DNA of 63,328 nucleotides, the filler included, from Sphacelaria rigidula (lineage: Eukaryota): the NCBI GenBank assembly GCA_964200075.2. It is 9 parts of 9 records of this genome, joined end to end, with 100 filler letters (N's around TTAATTAATTAA, not from the genome) between each part and the next. Parts side by side here need not be neighbours in the genome. Positions count along the whole stretch, not along the records: positions 49,337 to 56,282 come from CAXNAA020017263.1; positions 56,383 to 63,328 come from CAXNAA020017264.1; 7 more parts are not named here. The stretch is one strand, 5' to 3'. Below are positions 50,893-63,328 of the stretch, in pieces. Position numbers and translations under genes: made by a program. The stretch's first letter is position 1; each line of letters opens with the position of its first letter. The notes under the pieces are model-generated. The model did no database searches. It was not told the origin of the DNA and saw only the letters and a list, made by a program, of their open reading frames with translations.

Positions 50893-51240
50893 TCATGCCA
50901 GTTGTTCTGGGCACCAGTCTTCCCTTTTCGTGATATGTGGGCGCATCAGCCGGGGTTTGAGGAGGAAGGTCAACACAGGAGCCATGTATTTTTTAATATT
51001 TTTTTTGTACCCCACCTTCCTTCTGCGATGCTCGCCTTTATTTTTCATCGCGAGAGGTGGTCAGCAGTCCCTTTCCCTCGTCGACTGTAAAGTCGACCTT
51101 TGTGTACCCACGACATAGTCGCTCTCCGCTGAAAAATAAAGGCGAGCATCNNNNNNNNNNGATCGCTCCGAGAATCGAACCCCACAATTCAACCATCAGA
51201 ACGTTACGAGGTTACCAACTGAGCCACCGCGGCGACCGGT
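50833..51240 (-). mobile_element. tRNA-derived SINE with (CA)n tail
   Basis: A-box TGGCTCAGTTGG, B-box GGTTCGATTC, body homologous to 16014-16403, long (CA)n; contains a 10-N gap. Confidence 0.85.
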
Positions 51241-53412
51241 TTGTGTTCAGTACACTATACTGTACTATTTTATTCATCATTTTGTATCGTGTTGGTACAC
51301 TACGGGATTCGACCGCACGAACACTAGGTTGGGCTATTACATGGATGTGTAGGGTACGTACACAAGCAGCAGCGCTCTTCTTGACATAATTCCTTATTGT
51401 GGGAGGTACGACAACTATTTCCTCTCTCGTCCCTCATGTCACCAACGCAGCGGAGCCTTAGGTGTATAGACGGTATGTCGTCGTCACTTCCGCTGCCATA
51501 CCCCGAAGCGTAGGTCCCAACACACAGACGGGAGGGAAAACATCCTGGTATATTTTCAAATCCTGCCATCTTTCATCAAAGATCCAGCTGAAATTCCCGG
51601 ATTTTGTTGTAGGGACGACTCGCGGAACATCAATGTTTTGATTCATTTCAAGAAAAGGTCGCGAACTTATTTCCAACTTTCAGCCATTAGGGTCGGAAAA
51701 CATGACGTGGCGATTCGCATTACACCAATAATTGGTGAAACTGTCAAATGGAAGCTGTTCTTCACCGTTCTTTACCGTTCTTGGCACTGGGTACGCATTC
51801 ACGTCATAAACTGGGAGAGATCTTCCGCAAAGATCCATTTGGAGAATTCTCGATGTTATTTCGGGATCTCCGTTGAGTTATCTCCAACTCGTAGTCCAGG
51901 ATATGCTTGACTATCAGTGTTACACCGATAGAAAAAAAAACATTTTTTTTCAAACTAGCCCGCGTACAAGAATCATTTTACACGGAATGAGCTAGCACCA
52001 GCTGCAACCTGGCTGTAAAGTAGTCGCATGTCGCACGGTTGGCCAACCCTACACGAAGGGGAACATGTCCAACAGGCGGTACCGGTGGAAGCTTTGTTCA
52101 AGGCGGAGTGTCGCTGCCAGTTTTCGGTTGAGAATATGATTCGTTCCTGAGTTGGCCGGTCTAAACGGTGTTGCTCTGTGTGGGTTCCTCGTGGCCACAA
52201 TGTCACGTCACGGTACGCAGACTGGTGACGGCCAAGCTAGGTGTTGGAAGGCTGCACGGTGTGCATGGGGTAGTCTATGACGCATAGGATCCATCTGAAA
52301 AAAAAATGTCTCGATTCGTGCGTGGGGAATCACACAAGAGGCGATTGACTGCAAGCATGTCTGATGGTATACGGGGGCTGCAAACGGGATATAAAATCCA
52401 GTATAAAAGTTCACGATTCACCGCACAGCCCTGTCATAATACGTGCTGTAGTTGAATGTTACAGTATCGCAGAATGTACCGCAAAATAGTACACGCCTTG
52501 TGCACGGTCCAGTACGGTATGTTATGGGATGGCGACACACTGGTCACTATTGCGTGCCGGGCTGTGCTGTTGTGTCGGTACTCGAGTGTCATGTAGTGTA
52601 CTGTGATATGATGTACTGAAATGCGAATCGCACGGTTGGTGCGGTGCAATTTTGGGCGACAGACAGTACACAACACGATTTGCTGTGGAGCGGTGTGCCG
52701 TCGTCTGCGGCACTCGATGGTATGGTAATGTGTTGTCCTGTACTGATGAGGGTGGTCCGCGATCACGAGCGGGGTCGTGTGCGGTGACAACAGAGAACAC
52801 GGTGTATCGCGCTGCCCAACAGCGTTGGGTGAAGCACTCGACTGTAATCCCCTCCGGTGATATGTACTGAAAATGATCGCGAACCGTACGCTACGGTGCT
52901 GCCCTCTCTTCTTCTGTAGGGCATCGGACTGCTTTCTACTTCCCTGCACCGTACTGTCAAGTGGGGTGCACGATCCACTATTATGTACTGTTCGGTATTA
53001 CCATGTGCACTTGTTTCCTGTACTGTACTGTGTTGTGCTTTCCATTACAACCGTACTGTCCTGTATTGTACGATATGGCTGGGTTCCATCACAAGGTACT
53101 CCTCTGTGTTAGCCATTGCCGTGATGAATCCATCGGTAGACGGCCCCGACTGTTGGGAGCTTTATGGCACCTCCGCACCCACTGGCGTTCGCAACTTACC
53201 TCCAGGTTTGTCAACATGAACATGCCCTGCAAGGAACCTCGCCGGAGAGGGCAGCGGTCACCCGAAGACGAGGTAAATGGTGCTGCCACTCCGGTGAGAG
53301 ACGCTCCCCCCTTGACATGCACAAGATACCTTTCATGGTCTGTCGCCGCGTCCGATACTGTGTCGAAAAAGTGGCACACCGTAGTCGCTACGGTATTTCC
53401 TCCAACATCATG

Positions 53413-53836
53413 GAACAGCCGATTCTCGAAAATGGGGTTGAAAAAACAAATAAATGAGGTTCAACTCAAAAGCCGTGCTTTCCCTGACCTAAATTCAAAA
53501 CAAATGACATTCATATGGACCACCCCCATCCCTTGATACTATTTCGGGGGACTTCTAGCCTTCCGTTCCCCCAAAGGATATGTGCGAAAGCACACTTTTG
53601 CCTTGATTTCGGGGTGAAAAAAAGGACGTTTTTTTGTCCCCAAAATCGTGCTTTCGCACATACATACCCTGTGGGGGGTCGGAAGGCTAGAAAACCCTCG
53701 AAATAGTTTCAAGGACGTCGGGAGGGATGAGGTGGTCCACATGAAAGTCATTTGTCATGAATTTAGGCCAGGGAAAGCACGACTTTTGAGTTGAACCTAA
53801 ATTTCTTTTCAACCCCATTTTCGAAAATCGGCTGTT
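53413..53836. mobile_element. Foldback element with ~190-bp inverted arms
   Basis: AACAGCCGATT.TCGAAAATGGGGTTGAAAA...GGTTCAACTCAAAAG.CGTGCTTTCCCTG mirrored at the right end. Confidence 0.9.
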
Positions 53837-54222
53837 GTGGGCTCTTACCTAACGTGTGGACAACTGTACAGTAGTGGGCGCCTGAAGTGTTGAGGGTTAT
53901 TTGTGGTTTTATAGCATGGTCCTCTTCGATATAACCGTAGAGTGATAGCGTCGATATGTCACAATAAATGTAGCAGATCGTCCTCAAAACACAGTGCCCG
54001 AAATGAACAGCGTTTTCGTGAGATTGAAAGTGGAGGATGCGATTGAAAGCGGTAAATTACGGAATGGACTCAGTTTCGAAATGCCCCTCCACGATACCCG
54101 ATATGCTACCTGCAGTGTATTGCCACTGAAGATCTTGATATCCTTGAGTATGATGTCGGTGTTTTGCTGTAAGCGCACGCCAGTGTTACAGGGTAGGAAA
54201 AGCACACACAGAATGAGGATTG

Positions 54223-54760
54223 CAAGGGTAGGTCGAGTAGAGTATGTACTTTTGAGTACTCGAGTAAAATTCTCAAGTATTTACTCTCCTACTCGACGTT
54301 TGAGCAGGTCGAATACAGCCTCAAATACTCTACTCAAATTTCGAGTAGGTCGAGTACGATCTCAAATACTTTACTCGAATATTGAGTAAGCACTCTCAGT
54401 AATACTCGAGTATGGAGTATCACTTGAGTATGACCTCGATACTCTACTCAAGTTTTGAGGAGGTTGAGTAGGGCCTCCAATACTGTACTCAAATTTTGAG
54501 TAGATCAAGTACGACCCCAAATACCTTACTCAAATTTTGAGTAAGCACTCTCAGTAACACTTGACTGTAGAGTATCACTTGAGTATGACCTCAATACTCT
54601 ACTCAAATTTCGAGTAGAGTGAGTTTGACCTCAAGTACTCTACTCGAAAAATTGAGTAGGTTGCGCACAACATCAAATACTCTGCTCAAACTTAGAGTGC
54701 TTAAAGTATTACTCTTAAAAAATACTGAGTATTGAGCATACTCCACTCGACCTACCCTCG
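54223..54760. mobile_element. 538-bp TIR element with 8-bp TSD (P- or hAT-type), nested in a MITE
   Basis: TIR C(A/G)AGGGTAGGTCGAGT(A/G)GAGTATG; TSD GAGGATTG/AAGGATTG; interior built from palindromic TACTCAAATTTTGAGTA-like units. Confidence 0.88.
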
Positions 54761-55199
54761 AAGGATTGGGTCAAGTTGAAGCGAATTATCGAACCCACTC
54801 TCAATCCACGTTCTACTCTCGAAGTAACGTCAACATAGCTGTTTGTGTGGTATGGTGTAATCGGGCGATATGAGTTGAAACCTCGTCACTGTGGAGGGTG
54901 TTACTGACCGTGAAACACAGCTGTTCGGCTGTGGTGCGATGAGTACGTACAAGTTCAAATCAACAAACCCGTACATCACTTCATAACTTTATTCTCAAAT
55001 ACGATTGGGACACGCTCGATCGACCGAAAATACCGCAGGGTCAAAATGTCGGCTGCAAGGTGGCAAACCACCCATCATCGGCCAGCCCGTGTGTCACTGG
55101 CCGCGAGGTGATACTGAGGTGCGGTCATGAGGAGCATGTGCTGCGCAGAGGTATCATTTGTTGTACTTGTGTCTTGATGTGGGCATTGCGTCTGCAGCA

Positions 55200-55800
55200 A
55201 TGCGGTGTTACATTACTCCCCAGACATTGGCTCTGTGGCAGCAGACGAGGTTTCATTGATGTAGTTGGGGATTATCCACGCATCGGTAGCGCTCAAACCT
55301 GAAACAAAATCAGTAGCCACGCATCGGTGGCGCTCGAGCCGTGAAAAACCCTCGTGTTTGCTTTTGGAACTGTGATGTCGGCCAAAACGATGTCCGGAGA
55401 GTGTACCTCGACGCAAGCATAAACGAAGTTGTGTACAATTTCTTTTTTTAATCGTTTTGCGTCAATTGACGGCCTAAAAGAGAGGAAGTCGAAGTTCGAC
55501 ACGTCAGATTTACAAGCTCTACTCCTGCACGCGGTTTCACGATATCTTGGGGCGTAGAGCGGTTGCCCCCTTTTTGTTTAGTGCACAAACAAGCACTCTT
55601 GTTGAAGGATGATCACGAACATTCGAATGTAGAAAATATCGCATTTTGGTTTTAGGATACTTGACCGTCTCTGCACAAGGCAGCTGGTTTGGAAAAAAAG
55701 CAACTGCTGGCACTGGGGGATGCTTCTGTGTCGTAAAACTCCAAGAGCAGTCGAGGGTCTCATTCGGACTTGTCAACTCCGCCTCTCTTTTGACCATGTC
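55200..55800 (-). mobile_element. Possible highly decayed RTE-like LINE fragment
   Basis: KRLKKEIVHNFVYACV resembles the post-RT motif LKAEV.ETLLYGC; the rest is poorly conserved. Confidence 0.3.
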
Positions 55801-57293
55801 GATACCCTCCTCTTATGTGACATCCGTTATGCAGGGTTTAAAGACGAGACAACACTCGTTCCATCGTTCGACTGCATTGTCCCATGCTTACCGTCAGTCG
55901 TGCCTTTCCCGTCAGGTGACCGCAGGGATGGGCGTCGAGGGGTGTCGCGGATGATATACATGAGCTCGAAATGGCGCCAGGCGGGGCACTGTGTTCCTCC
56001 TCAACTATGCAGAGCGAATTGGTCACCCGTGTTTGAAGTGGTGGTTAGGGTACTGGATATAGATTTCTGCGACTTTTGTGACGGTGGCGGTGACCAACAG
56101 TTTACTGGGTGCCCTTTGCCGTGCGATTATGCGGTCGCGGGTGCATGCCATAGCCCGCTATCGATCGACGCCGGAGCGGAATCCGTCAGGCGCCGCCACT
56201 TGGAATTTAGATCGCAGTTGTTTTTGTCATGGCTACGGTTTGAGGGCTATGTGGAGATAAGTTGGGGAGTCAGGTCATCACTNNNNNNNNNNNNNNNNNN
56301 NNNNNNNNNNNNNNNNNNNNNNNNNNTTAATTAATTAANNNNNNNNNNNNNNNNNNNNNNNNNNNNNNNNNNNNNNNNNNNNGGGATTACAAGAACACTT
56401 TGGATTTTAATCCATGGTTTCGTTGTCATCATCCATACACGTAGTATTCTCGGTTACGGGTGCAACTACCGTAACACTACCGTACCGCGGACAAACCATC
56501 ATGGTCGGGGGTAAGGTTCCCTAGATGAACGATTCTTGAATATCCTTCCATTTCATATTTAAATATTTTATGCACATATACTCATGTATTGTTGAACTGT
56601 AATTCATGCGCTAACGAGCTGATTTATCGGTTGCTGGCTGCTTGGTTGGGACATTGAAGATATATTTTTGGGATTTTTGTTGGGGGGGTGCGCCAGATAC
56701 AGGCTGTTTGTGTAATTTCCCGATCGTCGTTCTCCCGTCGACGCAGTATGATCATTCGTGTGTTGGGCTACAGTCCCCCCCGAGCCTGATTCGGCGAAAA
56801 CCCGACTTTGTATGTATGCGAGGTCAATCGTCCTATGTCTAGTGCATGCAATATCATGAGTACAACCCCCCTCCCCCCCCTCCCCTCCTCTCCCCTCCTC
56901 TCCCCTCCTCTCCCCTCCCAGAGTACGTTCACCGTCTGGTGTGGTGCATGAATATGCGCTATGCGTATGAGAAGTTGTTGAATTGTTATGTGCTGATAAC
57001 GCTGCTCCGTGAGGACTATAATACGACGACGGAGTTGTTGGCCGTGAGCTGGCTGAGTCGAGTGTAGTTCATGGCTGCACGTATTACGCATGATATATTG
57101 TAGGATCCTTTGCGTTACGAAAAACTGTCGCGAAATGACCGCATAATACTTTCTGGCTAGCTCAAATGCGGTACACTCTAACCCCGTGTGCGATATGGCG
57201 TAACTCTGATTCCACACGGTAATGTTTCGAAACGACTGTAAAACAGGTTCCCCGGTACTCGCAGCTATTTTTTTTTATATACGAATAATAATA

Positions 57294-57295
<2 letters not shown>

Positions 57296-57346
<51 letters not shown>
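57296..57346. repeat. (CTG)n microsatellite just upstream of a splice acceptor; an (ATA/ATG)n tract follows at ~57740-57900
   Basis: Read directly from the sequence. Confidence 0.95.
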
Positions 57347-57347
<1 letters not shown>

Positions 57348-57371
57348 CGTTGTTGTCATTGTTCTGTGCAG

Positions 57372-57800
57372 TGTGCCATGGATGCGGGGTGCGTATTCTT
57401 GCCCGACAAGACGCTAGCGTGTCCGTTACATCGACCGGACGGGGTGGAGGATGCGGACGGGAACACCAAATCCCACTTCTCGAACAGGTGTGGAAAAGCC
57501 GTCCATGATTCAAATATCTGCTCTTTTGTTTCACCATTTTGAGTGCTTAGAAATACACGCGTGAAGCCCACGCCCATTATTCGAGTGAAGATGGTGCTGA
57601 CTCAAAAGATGGACGCACCTCCTTGCGAATGTTGACAACAATAGCTAGTGTTCATGTGGGTAATAGTGGTGACGGCACTGGAAAGGCGAGCCTGCGTCTA
57701 TGACCACGGGTTCGAGACGTCAGACTAATGTGCGGATATAATATTGATGATAGTAATAATTATAATAATAATCATAGCAATGATTGTGGTGATGATAATA

Positions 57801-57832
<32 letters not shown>

Positions 57833-60800
57833 AATAATAATAAACATAATAATAATAATAGATAAGGATAAATAATGATAATGTTGAATAATGATGAGGA
57901 TGTTTGACTGTGATTCTTTGTGAAGGTGTAGCATGTCGAAGGATGCGTTCCGTGTTAATATTTTTACGACGTGGGTCGTAAGTAGAAGCGTCGAAATTCA
58001 CGGTACTGTAGGTTGTTGTGAACTTATTTCGTGTTGGGCCGTTGCAAACGGTTGTGCCGCGTCACCGTCTGTCTCACTGGCTGCTGCACCACCCTGCGCC
58101 CTTTATGTTTACCCCCATCCGTAGCCCCAATTACGCTCTTGGCCCTGTAACCGTAACGTCTCCGTACACTTGATGATCCCCAGCCTGGCGGCAATGTCGG
58201 TGGATGGGGATGCTGTGTCAGTGTCCACCAATGGAAACGATGCTGCTTCTGAGACGGCGAGTCTCGCGGGGGACGTCCCCTCGATCGTTCCAGGTGAACA
58301 GCAGCATATGAAGTGAAACGGAAGACCACAGTGAATCGAAATAACGCACCAATCTCTCGAGCGTTTTCGGTGAACATGAAAAGTGAAACGGGGTCAAGCG
58401 ATCATAAGACAAAAGCACACGATCTCTCCCGCATTTCATGTTGACTCAGTATTATGGCGTCGATAGATGAAAACAGGGTGAACTGAAAACGACGTGGGCG
58501 CTCTCTCGACCGCTTCAGCCGTTGACCGCTTCGGGTGAACGGTAATGTGATGAGATTAAGTGAAGCGGACCAAAACGAAACGCACACGTGGCGAAAAGAA
58601 ACAGCGCAGATGTATCCCTTGGCGATATATATATATATATATATATTAATCAAAGAGCAGGAACGCGATGGGTGAAACAAAGTTGCAGAGCTGAAGTAGA
58701 CTGAACGCTCACGATAACGCTGATACCCCTGAATTTGTATTCTCGATGATCTCAGCAGCGTTCGGTCCAGCCACCCCTCGCGCGTCAAGCCCCTTCGCCC
58801 CTCCGGCGACGGCAGATGCATTCCCTGCGGCGCAACCGGCTGTTGGTGGGGCGGCGGGATCCGCGAAGGCGGGTATGTTTTGGCCTCCGTTTAAGGGCAC
58901 CCTTCGGTGGCAGCTGGTCCAGGACCCTCCCAAGTATATGGAGGCGCAACGTCGGCCTGGAAATCCCAAGGTCGGTTCCGTTCGTGTTCTTTAATTGGTC
59001 TTTCGTTTCTTTTCTTTACTTGTGTCCTTCGCCGCGTATGCGTTGCCATGTTTGAGTTCTCATTTTTTTTGTCTGTAGTGTTGACGGATCGTGGAAAATG
59101 TGTGTCTGTTGTTTCAACCCTTGTGGGAACCAAGTGCTGATTTTTGTTCTTGTGAATCGGCATCATTTTGACTTGGGAATGACTGAAAATGCTACCGATT
59201 CACAAACACAAAAATCAGCACTGGGCTTCCGAATGATGTATGTATGCTCCGTGCTGTGTGTGGTGTTTGAGGTAGGCATCTATACGGCACCGTGACAGTA
59301 CAGTGCTTTAACCCATACGGGAGGTACTGCTTCCTGTCAGAAAGTGACCGTGCTGGCCGTAATTAGTGTGGGTGAGCATTAGCGGTGATGAAGTGCGAAC
59401 AAAAGCGCGAAGCTTGGGCGGGTTTTGACGGCCCGGATTGTATCCTTGGATTACGTCGAATACTGCGGAGTAGAAATATTCAGGGCGCACAAGCACACGT
59501 GTCATGGAATACTCCTTGATTTGATTGCAAGGAAGTTGTCTGCTTAAGTTCGTGTCTTATGAATGTGTCCACGCGTGTGACTCTTGATTTTCTGATGAAC
59601 GAATTATCCCGCACTTATTTTGAGAATCCTATAATTTTAGCAATTCATTTGGTGCGCTTCGGTCGTGAGGGGGTGTTGATTGCCCTCGCCCGTTTCGGCG
59701 CCTTCTGTTTCTGTTGTTGGTGCTCCTTTCATGCTACAACGACGGCAACCATCAGCTTCCCAGCTGGGAGGACGGCTCTGCCCTGCGAATCGGCGCGCTG
59801 ACCATACATAAACTGGGCAAGCTCTCGTCGGATACGCCGGGGTCGCACTCTAAGCATCACGTCTACCCTGCTGGGTTCCTTGCCTCGTGAGTATTCGCTT
59901 TTTTGCTCCCCCCTCCCTCCTTGTTGTTGTTACATTTTTGCATTGAGTATTTTTTGTCCGAGGTAAAGGGTGTTTGTCCAGAGGTGCCACAAAGTGTGTG
60001 TCGGGACACGTACAGAGAGCTATTATAGCTGCTTTCATCAACCATTGGTTACTCCGGGCTGAGACATTGAATTCACACCGATAACTATATCCTTACATTT
60101 GCCCTGGTCATGCCAGTACCACTTGAGAAAATGAGGAGTCTGGCCTTTGGTCAGCCGCGAGTGTTGTCGTTGAAAGCATCACGAGAAGGCTAGCTCGAGT
60201 CAGGCGATGTCTCTCAAGAATGAGGCACAAGTCTGGCTCTCAAGTCATGCGAGCATATTTGTGGAAATCACTGGGAGCTTGAGTCGAGTCATCACGAGGC
60301 TCTACAATATTCGCCAACGACTTATCCACCACTGAGGCGATATCCTGCGAGGAAGACTCGGAATCGTTGAACTTGCGGAAAGTTCGTGTTCCGGAACGAA
60401 CTTCGTTTTGTTCTATTACCTCGTGTGAGCGGCATTGCTCGCTCCCCTTTGGTTCAGCACCAAGTTGAGTTTATCCGTCCAGATATTCACTTTTTTATGG
60501 AGTGTTTCAGTTTTTTTTTTTGGTACGTCCATCATGCGACCACGGCTGGACCCATGGGTGGTCAGTTGAAGTGCGACAATCAATCAATCAATCAATTGAA
60601 TCGAATGGAAGTGCTTGGCACGTAACGCCCGTGCTCCTCGTGCGAACATACATGCTTCCGCCTTCCGAATTGTCAACGTCTAACGATCATCGAGATTGTC
60701 CGAACCAACCCATTGCTGAAATCAGTTTTTTTTGGCTGCAGGAACGGGCGAGTTACCGACACTGTTGCAGGTGGGAACAACGGAAGAAAATTACAGACAG

Positions 60801-61630
60801 ACGAAAGCAATGAACAAGGCATGATAGCAAAAAACGGAAACAACGCAAGCAAAACGACCACGAGAGTAACACGCCGAAAACACACAATGGCGGACGCATT
60901 CGATCTGTCTTCACATGCATGTCGGTTGCCCTTATCCGCTGAACATGTTTTTTTCTCCATTTTGTTTCTTGTACAACTACCCGCAGCCAGACCCCCAAAA
61001 CAATAGGTATGAAGATGCAGTATGTTTATCATTTCCTTTAATGCTTGAAATCAGCTCAGTGCGTCCGTCTCTATCAGGAATATGAGCTGCGCCATCTGCT
61101 GCGTGGTAACAAGAGTGATGAGAAAGTACCTTACTTTCGTCGCCTGTTCCCCCTTTTGTTTCGCTGCGGAAATCGCAGACGTATCTTCTGGTCAACCCGA
61201 CACCCTCTTCAAAGGACGATGTACATTTGCGAAATCCTGGAAGGATCCAAGCTCTCTTCCAAGGATCTTGATAACGCCGAGGTGGTACTCGGCGGGGGAG
61301 GGGGGAGAGGCGCCGTTCGCGCCACACCTCCCTCCTCGAAGCCCGGCGGGAAATCTTCAGTAGCTTCTTCGAATTCCAAGTCTAAGTCCAAGGGAAAGGC
61401 GCGAGCAGGTGGTGGCGGTAGCGGTGGTGGTGGTGGTGGTGGTGGTGGTGGTGACAGAGGAAACGACCAGCATAAGGTAAACGGCAATCAACAGGGCAGC
61501 ACGACGAACAGCAGTAATGACAGCAATAGCGATCTTTCCGCTAAGACCGCGGCAGTCCTCACGGAACGAAGTTCTGGTGAAAACGATCAAGTTGCCCCCG
61601 TTAACAACAGCGTCGGCACCTCCGGCTCCT

Positions 61631-61662
<32 letters not shown>

Positions 61663-62951
61663 GGCGGTAATCCCCAGGGTAACGATAGCGATGTCCTCAT
61701 GGGGGATGTGTCGACTCCCTCTCGCGCAACTCTCCCTTCCGCTCCGCCATTTACGGCTTCAGGCACAACCGCACTCCCCATATCCACCAGTAGCTCCGTC
61801 GCCGCCACTGTGAGTTCTTCTGGTGCTATCATCTCTTCTCTGTCATCATCCTCTCCCGCTGCAACAACCAGCTTGACCACCACCATCCCTAAACCCACCG
61901 GCGCCGTCACCAACGGTGGGGGGTCTAACAGTGCTGATGTCACACCCGCGGCACCGCTGGTCCTGAACGCAGGCTCGGTGGCAGCGGTTGCGACAGTATC
62001 GATGCTCCCAGCCCTGTCGGAACACGTGGGGTCTGCTGCTGTCGGAGCCACGGCCGAAGCTGCGGTCACGGCGGTGCCGGTCGCACCGGGCGCCGTGACT
62101 GTTCCGTTGGCGGAGACGGGTGTCGGCGGTTCGTCGGCGGAAGCGGTGGCGACGGTTGGCGGCGCTGTCGCGGGAAACTCTAGCCTTGCCCAACCTGAGC
62201 CGATAGATGTAGATGAAGCACCGGCCAAGGATGTGGGAGCCGGCCAGGCGGCGGCGGTTGTGCCAGCGGCGGCGCCAGGGACCGTAGTGGGAGCCGCCGG
62301 TGCAGGCGTTGCTGGCGGTGATCGTGCTCCTACTGATCCTTGCGCCGAGAAGCCAATCGATGCGATGAAGGTTGACGAGACTGTAAGCACCGACAACGCT
62401 CCGACTGCTAGAGCAGACGGAAGGGCACCAGCGGAGGGGGTGGAGAAAGGGTCAACGACGAAGGTGGGTGTGACCACCGCAGCCCCGACGCAGGTGGCGG
62501 CGGCCGTTGTTCTCGGAGATGCGGATCAGCAGGATGTGCCAGAGGATTCTTTGACTTCGAGTAGAGCAGTACCGTTGCCGTCCGCTGCTTCCCGTTCTTC
62601 GCCGGCTGTCCATGATGGCATGGCTGAGGTTGGTTCGCGAGACGGGAATGGCGACGTTGGTGGCGTGAGCAAGGAGGCGGAGGTTGAGGAGGAACCCACG
62701 AAGGGTGATGGCGGGGATAAGCACGTAAATAAGCAGAAGGAGAAACAGGCGTCCAAGAAGGACAAGGACACAGACGAGCAAGATGAGGAGAAAAAAGACG
62801 AAGGCCCACCTTGGTGGGGCGACGTGTGGTCCGAGAGCGGGGCTTACCAGGGCATCGTGTTCAGGGTTACTGAGATGGATAACCCGGGGCGGTCGATGAT
62901 AGATTCCGACCTGGACAGATTGTACGATCGGATCGTCGAGGGGGTAGATCG
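57372..62951 (+). CDS. Trithorax/MLL-like chromatin protein (ePHD end, FYRN, FYRC start); exons 57372-57487, 58184-58293, 58756-58970, 59756-59886, 61179-62951
   Basis: CAMDAGCVFLPDKTLACPLH (ePHD C-terminus); LRIGALTIHKLG...HVYPAGFLASRIFWSTRHP..RTMYICEI (FYRN); VFRVTEMDNP...LYDRIVEGV (FYRC). Five exons join with consistent phases 2, 1, 0, 2. SET domain not in contig. Confidence 0.85.
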
Positions 62952-63328
62952 GTGAGTTTTCGCGACTGGGGTTGAGATTGGAGCTAGGTTGTGAGGGTGT
63001 AAGGCAAGACTGAGATTTCATCTATTCTGACCCTCGAGAGGTACTTGGAGTTATACTCTTCATCCCTGAGTCGTTCCCTCAGGTCAACTTACAGATGAAA
63101 GCACACATCAGACGGCATTTCTGTCGTCAAATTTGATGGAACTATGGTGAAAAAATAGTGTAAGAATCCCCTCGATTTATTTTTCGAACACAACATGACG
63201 AATGCCCAAGCCATCACCCAGAAAATGCAGCTCTGAGCTAACTATGTTTGTTTTTGAAACCGCCCCCCCCCCCCCCCCCCCCCCCGCCCCCCCCCGCCCC
63301 CCCCCGCCAAGGCCCGCCCCCCCATCGC

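Noticed and set aside
51028-51160. 21-bp inverted duplication inside the SINE
   Set aside because: Abuts a 10-N gap and is not evident in the 16014 copy; probably an assembly artefact.
54260-54720. CRISPR-like array of palindromic ~40-bp units
   Set aside because: Units are degenerate, the spacers themselves repeat, the block is enclosed by TIRs and an 8-bp TSD, and no cas genes are present.

Overview
This window is not a contiguous locus. It is nine unrelated eukaryotic contigs (6949, 6949, 6948, 6948, 6948, 6947, 6947, 6946 and 6946 bp, sorted by length) joined by an artificial 100-nt linker, N44-TTAATTAATTAA-N44. Long GT-AG introns, GC-rich exons, TTAGGG repeats and the style of the retroelements suggest a stramenopile, most likely a brown alga (inference only). 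Host gene fragments recognised by reading splice sites and motifs: an acidic/coiled-coil protein, an exostosin/GT47 glycosyltransferase, a 3-exon coiled-coil gene, a MiaA-like tRNA dimethylallyltransferase, a USP53/54-like protein with a 4.2-kb exon, a Trithorax/MLL-like ePHD-FYRN-FYRC protein, and one tRNA-Leu(CAA). Most other sequence is transposon-derived: decayed Ty1/copia, LINE, an LTR gag, tRNA-SINEs, nested MITEs and many foldback elements. Best leads: (1) a decayed XPG/PIN nuclease plus Cys-rich finger with the architecture of AcademX transposons; (2) a 65-bp structured element, present in 5 of 9 contigs, sitting in G/C runs with 15-19-bp target-site duplications; (3) an intronless decayed OTU protease domain beside interstitial (TTAGGG)4; (4) a foldback element ending in telomere-like repeats at both ends. 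No CRISPR array or prokaryotic system is supported.
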